Below, piece by piece: positions 1 through 9,306 of a stretch of 61,370 bases of DNA (position 1 is its first letter; every line of letters begins with the position of its first letter). The DNA is from Pseudanabaena sp. UWO311 (GTDB taxonomy: Bacteria; Bacteroidota; Bacteroidia; Flavobacteriales; Flavobacteriaceae): assembly GCA_943371725.1 (NCBI GenBank), contig CALRVY020000001.1, forward strand, positions 1 to 61,370, written 5' to 3'. The notes under the pieces are model-generated. The model ran no database searches. It had not been told where the DNA came from and saw nothing but the letters and a program-made list of their open reading frames with translations. The translations under genes were made by a program, and so were the position numbers.

Positions 1-204
1 AGAAACTTTGTGCTCCCTAAATCATTTCATCTTTAAACCTTGAATTTTTTTGAAATGTGCGGTTTTTCCGTAAAATTTATTTCTGGGAAATTCGTATTGG
101 GAATGTCCCTACGTATCCCTCCCGCCCTACGTGACGAAGTTTTTAAAAAAAATCGACATACGATTACGGGTTTTCCACATATTTTTCAAGTATGAAGATG
201 GGAG

Positions 205-600
205 TATTAAGTATTAAGACTCGATGAATTCACCACTTAACGCATCTTTTTGGGGAAGCTAGTCCCGATAGCTATCGGGATCGTGCCATTCACCACTTTA
301 CGTATCATTTTCCCGCCCGAACCCGCGTATCGTTGGTGTCTGAGCCTGTCGAAGGCTAACTGCAAAGACTTTTTAGTATTAAGATTTAAGTATTAAGACT
401 TGGCGACGTTCACCACTTAACGCATCATTTTGCCCACCCGAACCCACGTATCGTCGGAGCCTGAGCCAGTCGAAAGCTGAGTGTAAAGACTTTTTTGTAT
501 TAAGATTTGAGTATTAAGACTCCGCGACGTTTACCATTTTACGTATCGTTTTGCCCAACCGAACCCGCGAATAGTCGGAGCCTGAGCTTGTCGAAGGCTG
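205..600. repeat. ~120-bp imperfect tandem repeat (about 3 units) with a TCCCGATAGCTATCGGGA palindrome and CTGAGCnnGTCGAA motifs
   Basis: TTCACCACTTWACGYATC-like anchors at 229, 289, 409 and 530; GTATTAAGA doublets; perfect palindrome at 263-280. Confidence 0.9.
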
Positions 601-983
601 GTACGATTTTTTGGTGGATTGACACGTTCTGTGTTTTCCTCACCGGTACCCTATTGCGCAAAATTCTGTGAGGTTCAGTGTTTTCTGTGCGCTTAAAAAG
701 CTGGTACGTGAGCGGGTCGAAGGCAAACGTGGTGTACATTGTGAAAAACTTCGTAGAACATTGTACTCTATCGGCTCCAAAGCTTGTTGAATGCTTAACC
801 GCAAAGAACGCGAAGATTTACGCAAAGTTCGCAAAGAGAAAATTTTTCCCTTCCGCTAGCTTTGGGAATTCACTTTTTTAGCTTTCCGCGTTTCTTCGTT
901 GTTATTCGGGTGGACCACATAGGCACAGAGTTCACAAAGGATTAATGATATCCAATAGGTAGATTTTATTTCTTACCGTTATT

Positions 984-1037
984 TCTTTTTCGCTTTTTTC
1001 GCTTTTTTCACTTTTTTCACTTTTTTCACTTTTTTCT
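984..1037. repeat. 9-bp microsatellite (CTTTTTTCR)x5-6
   Basis: Units at 993, 1002, 1011, 1020 and 1029; produces the spurious KSE-repeat ORF. Confidence 0.9.
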
Positions 1038-1060
1038 ATTTTTCCCTTGCGCAGCTTTCC

Positions 1061-1150
1061 CGCGCGAACGGGTGAAGCGGCATCCTTTTTGGCATTAGGG
1101 AGTTTCCACCACACGTTTGCCAAAAAGATACAGCGGAACACGTGACGGCG
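1061..1150 (-). ncRNA. Short Flavo-1-like structured repeat
   Basis: Minus strand GCCGTCACGTGTTCCGCTGTATCTTTTTGGCA...TGCCAAAAAGGATGCCGCTTCACC, same termini as the 16623 copy. Confidence 0.55.
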
Positions 1151-1212
1151 TGAACCTCTTTTGCGTAGCGACGACTCGTTTGCCGGCGCGCCCAAAAAAT
1201 GAAAAGACTGCA

Positions 1213-1247
1213 AAAAAAAAAGCTGCTCGAATAATCAAGCAGCTTTA
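1213..1247 (-). terminator. Rho-independent terminator of GSIII gene
   Basis: AAAGCTGCT...AGCAGCTTT hairpin with A-run (T-run on minus strand) after the stop codon. Confidence 0.7.
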
Positions 1248-1269
1248 TAAAGATCAGTTCCCAGTATGA

Positions 1270-3459
1270 TTAGCGAGTAAACAACAACTCTCGGTATTTG
1301 GTGAGTGTCCAACTTTCGTCGTCTACCAACAACTCGAGTTTGTCGCAGTGCTCGCGAATAACCTCAAAATAAGGCTTCACATCATCGCAATAGGCTTCTG
1401 CCATCGCTTGTGCGTCGGTCAAAGCGTTGGCACGTTTACGAGCTTCGGTCATTTGCTCTACGTTGGCGTTAATTCCTGCGATGTGTCCGCTGATTTCTTT
1501 TATCAATGTAATTTGCTCACGGGCAACATTTTCGTAATCGGCTCCGAAAATTTCTTTCAAACCTTTTACGTTTTCGATCAGTGTATTTTGGTAACGAATT
1601 GCCGTCGGAATCACGTGATTACGAGCGATATCGCCCAATACGCGGCCTTCGATTTGAATCTTTTTCGTGTATTCTTCCAGCTCGATTTCGTAACGTGCCT
1701 CTACCTCAACATGATTCATGATGTTCAGTTCAGAGAACAATTCCAAAGCCGCATTGCTTACTTTCGCTTTCAAAGCTTTTGGAGTTGTTTTGTGATTGCT
1801 CAACTTGCGTTTTGCCGCTTCTTGTTCCCAAGCATCGCTGTAGCCATCGCCTTCAAACAAAATGTTTTTCGAACCTTTGATGTATTCGCGCAAAACGTTG
1901 AAAATCGCTTCGTCTTTCTTTAAACCTTTACTTTCAATTAGTGCATCTACTTCCTTCTTAAAATCACGCAATTGCTTGGCTACGATTGCGTTAAGCGTAG
2001 TCATGGCATTAGCGCAGTTCGCCGACGATCCTACCGCTCTGAATTCGAACTTGTTTCCTGTGAAGGCAAACGGCGACGTACGGTTACGATCGGTGTTGTC
2101 GAGCAATACGTCGGGAATTTTTCCAACAACGTTCAGTTTTAAATCTGTTTTTTCTTCCGGCGAAAGTTTGCCATCCGAAACGCCTTCCAACTCGGCCAAA
2201 ACCTTGGTAAGCTGCTGACCAATAAATACGGAAATAATGGCAGGCGGCGCTTCGTTAGCTCCTAAACGGTGGTCGTTACTTGCCGTTGCAATACTTGCAC
2301 GCAATAACTCTTCGTATTTGTTTACCGCAACGATGGTGTTTATGAAAAACGACAAGAACTGTAAGTTGCTCATTGGCGTTTTTCCGGGCGACAATAAGTT
2401 TACGCCTGTATCGGTTGCCATCGACCAGTTGTTATGCTTTCCGGAACCGTTTACACCTTTAAAAGGCTTTTCATGGAAAAGTACTTTAAAATCGTGACGC
2501 TCGCCAACTTTTTGCATCACATCCATCAAAAGAGAGTTGTGATCAACAGCCAAGTTCGTTTCTTCAAAAATCGGTGCTACTTCGAACTGATTTGGCGCTA
2601 CTTCGTTGTGACGTGTTTTTACTGGAATGCCCAACAACATGCATTCTTGCTCCAATTCGCGCATATAATTTAGCGCTCTCGACGGAATTGAACCAAAATA
2701 ATGATCTTCTAATTGTTGTCCTTTTGCGGAAGTGTGTCCGAGCAACGTACGACCCGTCATTAAAATATCCGGACGCGAGTTGGCCAAAGCAGTATCAACC
2801 AAAAAGTACTCTTGCTCCCATCCTAAAGTGGCCGTTACTTTCTTTACATTTTTATCGAAGTACTTACATACATCGGTCGCTGCTTCGTCTACGGCATTTA
2901 ATGCGCGTAAAAGTGGCGTTTTATAATCGAGTGCTTCTCCAGTGTAGGAAATAAACACCGTTGGAATACACAAAGTTGTTCCGAAAATGAAAGCGGGTGA
3001 TGTTGGATCCCAAGCCGTATAGCCACGTGCTTCAAAAGTATTTCGGATACCTCCGTTCGGGAAACTCGATGCGTCTGGTTCTTGTTGTACTAATTGTCCG
3101 CCGCCAAATTTCTCTAATGGGTCTGAACCATCGTACGAAGTTTCGAAAAACGCATCGTGCTTTTCAGCGGTTGCGCCCGTTAAAGGTTGAAACCAGTGTG
3201 TGTAGTGTGTTACACCTTTAGTTAAAGCCCATTCTTTCATGCCCATGGCAATGTAATCGGCCAGTTTACGATCAATTTTAGTTCCGTGCTGAATGGCATC
3301 TTGAACACCTTTGTAAGCATCAGGCGTTAAAAACTGCTTCATAGCACGCTGATTGAAAACATTTAATCCGAATAAAACAGATTTTCTGTCGGTTTCTTCA
3401 AATTTTACCGGTTTGCGCGAAGACGCCTCTTGTAAGGCACGAAAACGTAGTGTTGACAT
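1270..3459 (-). CDS. glnA: Glutamine synthetase type III
   Basis: 729 aa; THYTHWFQPLTG, EPDASSFPNGG, HEKPFKGVNGSGKHNNWS and DRNRTSPFAFTGNKFEFR motifs. Confidence 0.95.
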   Translation of the reverse strand: MSTLRFRALQEASSRKPVKFEETDRKSVLFGLNVFNQRAMKQFLTPDAYKGVQDAIQHGTKIDRKLADYIAMGMKEWALTKGVTHYTHWFQPLTGATAEKHDAFFETSYDGSDPLEKFGGGQLVQQEPDASSFPNGGIRNTFEARGYTAWDPTSPAFIFGTTLCIPTVFISYTGEALDYKTPLLRALNAVDEAATDVCKYFDKNVKKVTATLGWEQEYFLVDTALANSRPDILMTGRTLLGHTSAKGQQLEDHYFGSIPSRALNYMRELEQECMLLGIPVKTRHNEVAPNQFEVAPIFEETNLAVDHNSLLMDVMQKVGERHDFKVLFHEKPFKGVNGSGKHNNWSMATDTGVNLLSPGKTPMSNLQFLSFFINTIVAVNKYEELLRASIATASNDHRLGANEAPPAIISVFIGQQLTKVLAELEGVSDGKLSPEEKTDLKLNVVGKIPDVLLDNTDRNRTSPFAFTGNKFEFRAVGSSANCANAMTTLNAIVAKQLRDFKKEVDALIESKGLKKDEAIFNVLREYIKGSKNILFEGDGYSDAWEQEAAKRKLSNHKTTPKALKAKVSNAALELFSELNIMNHVEVEARYEIELEEYTKKIQIEGRVLGDIARNHVIPTAIRYQNTLIENVKGLKEIFGADYENVAREQITLIKEISGHIAGINANVEQMTEARKRANALTDAQAMAEAYCDDVKPYFEVIREHCDKLELLVDDESWTLTKYRELLFTR

Positions 3460-3618
3460 AAATATTTGATTAAATTTTAAGGATACCCCCTATTTTTACG
3501 TGGCAAATATAAGCGAATTTTATTTTTTCGCATTTACACCCCTAAAAAATTTACAATTTCTTATTGCAAAAAAAATCCGCTCGAAAGCGGATTAAAGATG
3601 TGAAGCTGTTGTATTGTC

Positions 3619-4149
3619 TTATTGTCTTGGGATCAGTGTACCTATATTTTGATCGTTTATCCCGTAAGCTGCAATAGTTTCGTAATAATTTGTATGGTCA
3701 GGTCTATCTACTCCTCTTCCAAAAAAACCAGGAATAATTACAACTCGAAACGTACGATTGGTAAACCAAGTTGTTTCAAGTGTCGACAAATCGAAATTCG
3801 CGTCAACAAAAATACTAAAGTCGTTTCGGGTAAAATCGTAATTAAACTGCATGATTCCTCCGTCTGAAAAGGTATAAACTTGCGGAAGCAGCTTCCAAAT
3901 ATCTAGACCGTTTTGCACTCCTGCTAATTCATAAACCAGGATATTATCGGATGCCAAAATGGTTGGGTTTAAATCAAAGAATGTACGATAGGCCAAATCG
4001 GGATTGGTATTGGGAACAAAAGTTGTTGTTACTTCAAATACCTCACTTTCGATATTGGTTCCAGGAGGACCTTGCGGACCTGGGTCGCCTTCGCAGCTAG
4101 AAAATAATGCCACACTAAGTATGCTCAGGGTAAAAAGTAATTTTTTCAT
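3619..4149 (-). CDS. Lipoprotein with short collagen-like linker
   Basis: MKKLLF start, lipobox FSSC, then GDPGPQGPPG. Confidence 0.75.
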   Translation of the reverse strand: MKKLLFTLSILSVALFSSCEGDPGPQGPPGTNIESEVFEVTTTFVPNTNPDLAYRTFFDLNPTILASDNILVYELAGVQNGLDIWKLLPQVYTFSDGGIMQFNYDFTRNDFSIFVDANFDLSTLETTWFTNRTFRVVIIPGFFGRGVDRPDHTNYYETIAAYGINDQNIGTLIPRQ

Positions 4150-4233
4150 GATGTTTCGTTTTTCGATATAAAAATACCTAACCAAAAATCAAACCATTTA
4201 TTATAATTTGGTCGTTTTTTTTAACTTTTTACT

Positions 4234-4779
4234 ATGAACACCTCATTTATATACTTGTTCTTGCTTGGCGGAACACCAAAAGGTCGACTTATAGAACAAC
4301 ACGATTTATTTTTTGGAATCGGAGAAAAACCACAAGACCTTAAGCAATCTATAAGGAAACATTGGCCTGAAGCCGAAAAATCCCTGCATATCGACGGCTA
4401 CAGAAAAGTAAGTGTTGTTTCGGGATATTCGATAGAAGTAACCGCAATGCCAGCCACAACCGATTTAAAATTATTTGTTTTTAATTTAGGAGGATACAAA
4501 CCAGGTGTTTTTACCGAATTTCACGATTTAAAACTCGTCGTTGCACCGTCTTTAGCCGACGCTACCAAGCAAGTAAAAAAAGATCTTTTCTTCACCGATT
4601 ACAATGCTAAAGGAGCTCCAGCACATATCGACGATAAGTACGCGCTTACCATTGATGACGTTTTTGATGTAAACGAACATCTTAAAGAACTGTATCCGGA
4701 TTATTCAATTAACGTAAGGCCAACGACTATGGCAGATGATGAATTGGTATTGGGTTATTTCCCAATCGATAAATTTTAG
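4234..4779 (+). CDS. DUF1543 family protein
   Basis: Two internal repeats LGG...EQHD / NLGGY...EFHD with HID motifs. Confidence 0.8.
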   Translation: MNTSFIYLFLLGGTPKGRLIEQHDLFFGIGEKPQDLKQSIRKHWPEAEKSLHIDGYRKVSVVSGYSIEVTAMPATTDLKLFVFNLGGYKPGVFTEFHDLKLVVAPSLADATKQVKKDLFFTDYNAKGAPAHIDDKYALTIDDVFDVNEHLKELYPDYSINVRPTTMADDELVLGYFPIDKF

Positions 4780-4802
4780 GGATTCCATTTTGAAGAAAAA
4801 AG

Positions 4803-4877
4803 TGGGCGATACTGGGTTCGAACCAGTGACCCCTACCTTGTCGAGGTAGTGCTCTGAACCAGCTGAGCTAATCGCCC
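4803..4877 (-). tRNA. tRNA-Val(GAC), with C at position 33
   Basis: GGGCGAT acceptor stem; D arm GCTC/GAGC; anticodon stem CTACC/GGTAG with loop TCGACAA; T loop TTCGAAC. Confidence 0.93.
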
Positions 4878-4999
4878 TTTTCCTTGAGACATCACAAAAA
4901 TGAGAAGAAATCGCGATGTTTCAAAACAACAATCAAAGTTTTATCAAAAATGCCAAATCTCTTTTTCGCTAAGACTTGATTGCCAAACAATTTGTTTTT

Positions 5000-5033
5000 A
5001 ACCCGAGTTCGATTTTTAAATAGAACTCAGGTT
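5000..5033. mobile_element. Minimal MITE remnant (abutted terminal inverted repeats)
   Basis: AACCCGAGTTCGATTT-TT-AAATAGAACTCAGGTT matches the TIRs of the 14199 and 32640 elements. Confidence 0.55.
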
Positions 5034-6025
5034 TATAGTAAAATATTCAAATGAACACTCAGCCTTTCGCGAGCTTTCACTAAACCGTTGTTTAAGTCTT
5101 GAACCATAGGTAACATCCCCGAAACTCCAAAGTTTACGCCTTTGCGAGAAAGATCAAATCCGGCTCGAGCAAAACTTACATAGCCTGATGTATTTTTTAC
5201 CCGAGAACCTCTACTAAAATTCGATTCAAAAACTTCGGTGGTAAAACCCACTTGCGGCAACAATTGCCAGTTTTTTAACGTCATTTTTTTGTATCCTACT
5301 ATTGCAATATTCGTTTGATTTCCAAATCGATATCTACGTTCGTTTTCGGTTTTTGCTACATACGACAACATGCTATTAACTCCATAGTTTTTAAATTCGT
5401 AGACATACTCCGATAAAAAAGTAAAATCGAAACTCCCAGTACCTAATTGAAACGCCGGATTAACTGTGTTACTGCTTTGCTCATCGAACGCGCCCGTTGG
5501 AAGTTTAATTCCCAAACCGGCGTGTAGCCTTCGGATTTTTTTCTGCTCTTTACTTTCCTTAGCAAAAACTTGATACAATACGTTTGCACTGATATCGCCA
5601 ATTCCGCTGCGGGTTTGTTCTCCAGTTGCCGTTTCGCGGGTATGATGTTGAAAAGGTATCTGACCGGTAAACTCTACTTTATTTGCTAATCGAAAACGCG
5701 TCCAAAGTTGATAAGTTCGAAATTGTTCTTGCCGCCAAGGCGAATTCGTGTACAACCCATCGTTGCTTTCGTAACGTTGGTACATGCTTCGCAATCCTAA
5801 AAAAGAATTTTCACCGATAGTTGAAAATCCCATACTGCCGCCACTTGCCGAACAACCGCAGGCATCGCATAACAATCCATGAATGCGAATTGGTTTCGCA
5901 AAAACACTCAAACTGTCCATCGGTTTCGATGCAAAAAGTGATAACGAAAAGCAAATTGCCGCAATCAAATAACAATTAGTGCCATTAAAACGGTGCAAAC
6001 CTATTGTCGTTAAGAAATTCTTCAT
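5033..6025 (-). CDS. Outer-membrane beta-barrel/transporter associated with MbnPH
   Basis: CDACGC N-terminal motif, GIGD, KLPTG and QLGTGSFD motifs, amphipathic strands; start uncertain. Confidence 0.7.
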   Translation of the reverse strand: MKNFLTTIGLHRFNGTNCYLIAAICFSLSLFASKPMDSLSVFAKPIRIHGLLCDACGCSASGGSMGFSTIGENSFLGLRSMYQRYESNDGLYTNSPWRQEQFRTYQLWTRFRLANKVEFTGQIPFQHHTRETATGEQTRSGIGDISANVLYQVFAKESKEQKKIRRLHAGLGIKLPTGAFDEQSSNTVNPAFQLGTGSFDFTFLSEYVYEFKNYGVNSMLSYVAKTENERRYRFGNQTNIAIVGYKKMTLKNWQLLPQVGFTTEVFESNFSRGSRVKNTSGYVSFARAGFDLSRKGVNFGVSGMLPMVQDLNNGLVKARERLSVHLNILL

Positions 6026-7067
6026 CCGTTAAAGTGTTTAAGAAAGCTTTTATTTGAGATTTCTCGGTTTCTGAAAGTTGTATTCCATTTATTAAACTTG
6101 GATCGATATTCTGTGTTTGTTGAATACCGGAAGTGTAGTGATTAAGCACTGCATCAAGTGTTCGAAAACGACCATCATGCATGTACGGGCCGCTTTTAGC
6201 AACATTTCGTAAACTCGGAACTTTAAACTTGTATTTATCCGTTTCAATTTGGGTTGTTCGATACTTTCCTATATCATTCACAAACGGATTTATAGCTAGT
6301 CCGTTGTTGCGAAACGATTGGTCGGTAAATAAGCTACCTGCATGACACGAGGCGCATTTTTGCTGAAAAACTTCATAACCTGATTCTTCTTCTGCGGTTA
6401 GCGTGCCACCAGATTCGCCTCTTTGCCACTTGTCGAATTTGCTGTTTGAAGAAACCATTAACGACATAAACTGACCGAGTGCCAGTAGCATATTTTCAGT
6501 TGAAATCTGTTCGTTCGGAAAAGCTTGCTGAAATAAGCTTCGGTATTCCGGATCGGTTCCGAAAAGGCTTAGCATTTGCTGAAAACTGCCGTTCATTTCA
6601 AACTCTGCGGTAAGTGGTATAACGGAAATAAGGTCGAGATGGTCAACAGCGCCGTCCCACATAAAGCTGCTGTAAAAAGCCAGATTTTGTACGGGCATAC
6701 TGTTTCTTGTACCCAACTGTTCGTTAACGCCGTGACTTACACTATGACCGTGATGTGTGAAGGCAAAAGCCTGCTCATGGCAAAATCCGCAAGAAACAAC
6801 ACCGTCAGACGATAGACGACCGTCGTAAAAGAGTTTCTTCCCCAATTCAAATCCGGCGCGTGTTACTTTATTCGCATTGTAGTTGTAAATCGGATCCGGG
6901 AAGTTTTCCGGCTTTCGCAATGTGATATCAATGTCGGAGTAGCTTTCTTCATCTGAACCACAACTAAACAGCGTTAAAGCACTTATAATGAAGAAAAATC
7001 TCGCCGCCTGCGCAAACAAGCGACGAGATGTTTTGGAATTAATCGTTGTGAACATGATCCACTTCAA
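5985..7067 (-). CDS. mbnH: Di-heme cytochrome c peroxidase, MbnH/MauG family lipoprotein
   Basis: CGFCH and CASCH heme motifs, FKVPSLRNV, PYMHDGRF; lipobox LFSC; adjacent to MbnP. Confidence 0.85.
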   Translation of the reverse strand: MKWIMFTTINSKTSRRLFAQAARFFFIISALTLFSCGSDEESYSDIDITLRKPENFPDPIYNYNANKVTRAGFELGKKLFYDGRLSSDGVVSCGFCHEQAFAFTHHGHSVSHGVNEQLGTRNSMPVQNLAFYSSFMWDGAVDHLDLISVIPLTAEFEMNGSFQQMLSLFGTDPEYRSLFQQAFPNEQISTENMLLALGQFMSLMVSSNSKFDKWQRGESGGTLTAEEESGYEVFQQKCASCHAGSLFTDQSFRNNGLAINPFVNDIGKYRTTQIETDKYKFKVPSLRNVAKSGPYMHDGRFRTLDAVLNHYTSGIQQTQNIDPSLINGIQLSETEKSQIKAFLNTLTDEEFLNDNRFAPF

Positions 7068-7839
7068 AGGCTTGCGATACGTTAGTAGTAATTTCTCCCA
7101 AACGTGCTCCTCCCATTATCATTGCACCCATACCCGACGTGTTACTTGCCGCTAGACTGATTTTATTCTGTCCGTCGAGAATTTCTTTAGCATCGGTAAA
7201 AATGTGTACTTTAGGAGTTATCGAAGTACGAACTTTAGCGTTTTCGGGTAAGTTTAGTGTTACTTCCGTGTAGTTATATGCTAAACCAGTTCTACCGGTG
7301 TGTACCATAAATACAGCCGCTTCTGTTTGTGTAGGTGTTGTAAACGTTCCTTCAAATAGTACGAATTTGTAACCCGCCGACCAGCTCCACATCATGCCTT
7401 CAGCTTCTGCTAAAGCAAGGAAATTGCCTTGGCCAGCAGCTCCTAAATTAAACTGCTCTTCGTCGACACCAATACCAAAAGTTACGCTAACGTAATCGCC
7501 AGCTGGGATATTTGGCAACGAAATGGTCTGCGATGCTACATCTGTTTCATCAATAATAAAGTAAGATGACGCCTTTGGAACGGTGTAAACGGTACCATCT
7601 GCCTTTTTCAATCGGATGTTACTCACGATATACTTCATTTCTTCTACACGAAGAATTTCGCCATTCGAAACCGTGTTTGCTTGGTTGCGCAAAATAAGAT
7701 CGGCACCACCAAAAACTTGATCAAACTCTAAATTGATCGAACCTTCTCCTGAAATAGTTTCTTCGTCTGAAGAACATGAAAATAATAATGCTAATGAAGC
7801 GAAGCCTAAAACCACGCGGAATTTATGTAAAGATTTCAT
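7039..7839 (-). CDS. mbnP: MbnP family copper-binding lipoprotein
   Basis: Lipobox LFSC; MMWSWSAGYKF (WxW motif); KYIVSNI; FGIGV. Confidence 0.85.
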   Translation of the reverse strand: MKSLHKFRVVLGFASLALLFSCSSDEETISGEGSINLEFDQVFGGADLILRNQANTVSNGEILRVEEMKYIVSNIRLKKADGTVYTVPKASSYFIIDETDVASQTISLPNIPAGDYVSVTFGIGVDEEQFNLGAAGQGNFLALAEAEGMMWSWSAGYKFVLFEGTFTTPTQTEAAVFMVHTGRTGLAYNYTEVTLNLPENAKVRTSITPKVHIFTDAKEILDGQNKISLAASNTSGMGAMIMGGARLGEITTNVSQAFEVDHVHND

Positions 7840-7951
7840 TGTTAAATTTTTGATTTTTATACTATAAATTTTAGCTGCAACACAACGCGCAACCACGGGC
7901 TAAACCTTATAAAGCATAAAGTTCAACCGCAAAAAAAACCGAAATGAAATC

Positions 7952-8326
7952 TTAAACGTTGGGAGGAGGCTGTATGATGTTGTAGTAGCCCAAAAGTGGC
8001 TTACTCGCTGGTCTAAAAAAGTTTTTTGGCTGACCTTGACAAACCGACAAAAAATCCGCGGCAGTTGCTATGGATGGCAAATAGAAAACGGATTCGAAGA
8101 ATACTTTAGCCTCTTTCTTTGACGATTCTTTTGTAGATTGTTCGCTTTCAACTTCTTTCGCTATTTCTTTGGCCAGATGACACTTTCCTTGACAAGCTAA
8201 TTTTGGTTTCTCTCGATTGATACAAAGATTCTCAACGATATATTGATAGTTTAATGCATACGACAATACCGGCAAAACAGGCTTAAGCAGAAAAATAAAA
8301 CCGAGGATTAACGCGCACTTTTTCAC
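7952..8326 (-). CDS. Conserved Bacteroidota Cys-motif protein upstream of metal-uptake genes
   Basis: LCINREKPKLACQGKCHL motif and C-terminal IQPP; GTG start. Confidence 0.7.
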   Translation of the reverse strand: MKKCALILGFIFLLKPVLPVLSYALNYQYIVENLCINREKPKLACQGKCHLAKEIAKEVESEQSTKESSKKEAKVFFESVFYLPSIATAADFLSVCQGQPKNFFRPASKPLLGYYNIIQPPPNV

Positions 8327-8419
8327 GTTGCAAATTTACAGCAATACCTATTGATTAGAAAGACATTTTTATCTTTTTTTGGGCAAAACCCGCCACAAAG
8401 TGCTTCACTTAAAAATCTG

Positions 8420-8674
8420 CGGCGGGTCGGGCTATTGCTAATAGTCCTCGCTTGCCGCCCGTTGGGACGCCAAGCTGCGGGCTATCACGCGCTATCCCTT
8501 TTGCAGAGAAAGTGCTCGAGTAAAAATTCGATTAAAAAACAACGGAAAAAAACGCCAATATCACGATCCGACACAGATTTGTAATCGAGCGCAGGTTACA
8601 ATCCTCGCTTGCCGCCCGTTGCGACGCCAAGCTGCGGGCTATCACGCGCTATCCCTTTTGCAGAGAAAGTGCTC
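8420..8674 (+). repeat. Flavo-1-like element with a 73-bp direct duplication (8445-8517 / 8602-8674)
   Basis: Copies differ at 1 base; GGTCGGGCT...GCTATCCC termini. Confidence 0.8.
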
Positions 8675-8678
8675 CTAT

Positions 8679-9290
8679 TTACGATTTAAACTTTCTTATC
8701 CAATCCTTGGCAAACTTTATAAAATCGCCAATCGACATTTCCTGAATTTCCTCAGCTTCAAAATGCACTAAAAGTGTATTTGACAGATCGTCTGTAAATT
8801 GGTTATAAGCAATCCATATTTGACTATAGGGAGTTACTTTATCATTTGAATTATTTGAAAACCAATCTCTAACTCTCTTTACAAGTAATTTGGGATTGTC
8901 TTCATGACTGGAAATATCTTGACCAGCAATGTCCGATAAAACTTTTTGATAATGATAACGCTCTGTATCTAAAACTAAAATTCGTTTAGATTTTAACTTT
9001 GAGGCACCAAATTCGGAAGCACCAACATCTAAACCTAACTCAAATGGCATATTAAATCGTGGTAATTCACCCATTGACAATGCTTTACTTCTAGATAAAT
9101 CATGAATCCCAAATTTACACATTCTAATATGCTTTTTTATCTGGTCAATTCTGATATTTGAAGATGAAATAGTTTGCGCCAATTGCGGTGAGAAATCCAA
9201 ATACAAACAGGTGAAAACAAGCGCTCTTAATAAAGGAACATACTGAGAATCGAAAGGGCAATTAATAAATACATTTTTTTCAAAACTCAT
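8679..9290 (-). CDS. TIR-like / nucleoside 2-deoxyribosyltransferase-fold protein
   Basis: NVFINCPFD, GIHDLSR and RFNMPFELG motifs; AT-rich; likely start MSFEKN. Confidence 0.65.
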   Translation of the reverse strand: MSFEKNVFINCPFDSQYVPLLRALVFTCLYLDFSPQLAQTISSSNIRIDQIKKHIRMCKFGIHDLSRSKALSMGELPRFNMPFELGLDVGASEFGASKLKSKRILVLDTERYHYQKVLSDIAGQDISSHEDNPKLLVKRVRDWFSNNSNDKVTPYSQIWIAYNQFTDDLSNTLLVHFEAEEIQEMSIGDFIKFAKDWIRKFKS

Positions 9291-9306
9291 CAAACAAGAT
9301 GTATTT

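Noticed and set aside
205-600. Possible CRISPR array
   Set aside because: Units are similar along their full 120 bp with no unique spacers, and there are no cas genes in the window.
932-1213. 93-aa ORF with KSE repeats
   Set aside because: It is a translation of a 9-bp microsatellite plus a structured repeat and has no protein-like features.
1348-3221. Antisense ORFs within the GSIII gene, and similar ones inside icmF, the E2 gene and the cco genes
   Set aside because: Shadow ORFs opposite well-supported genes.
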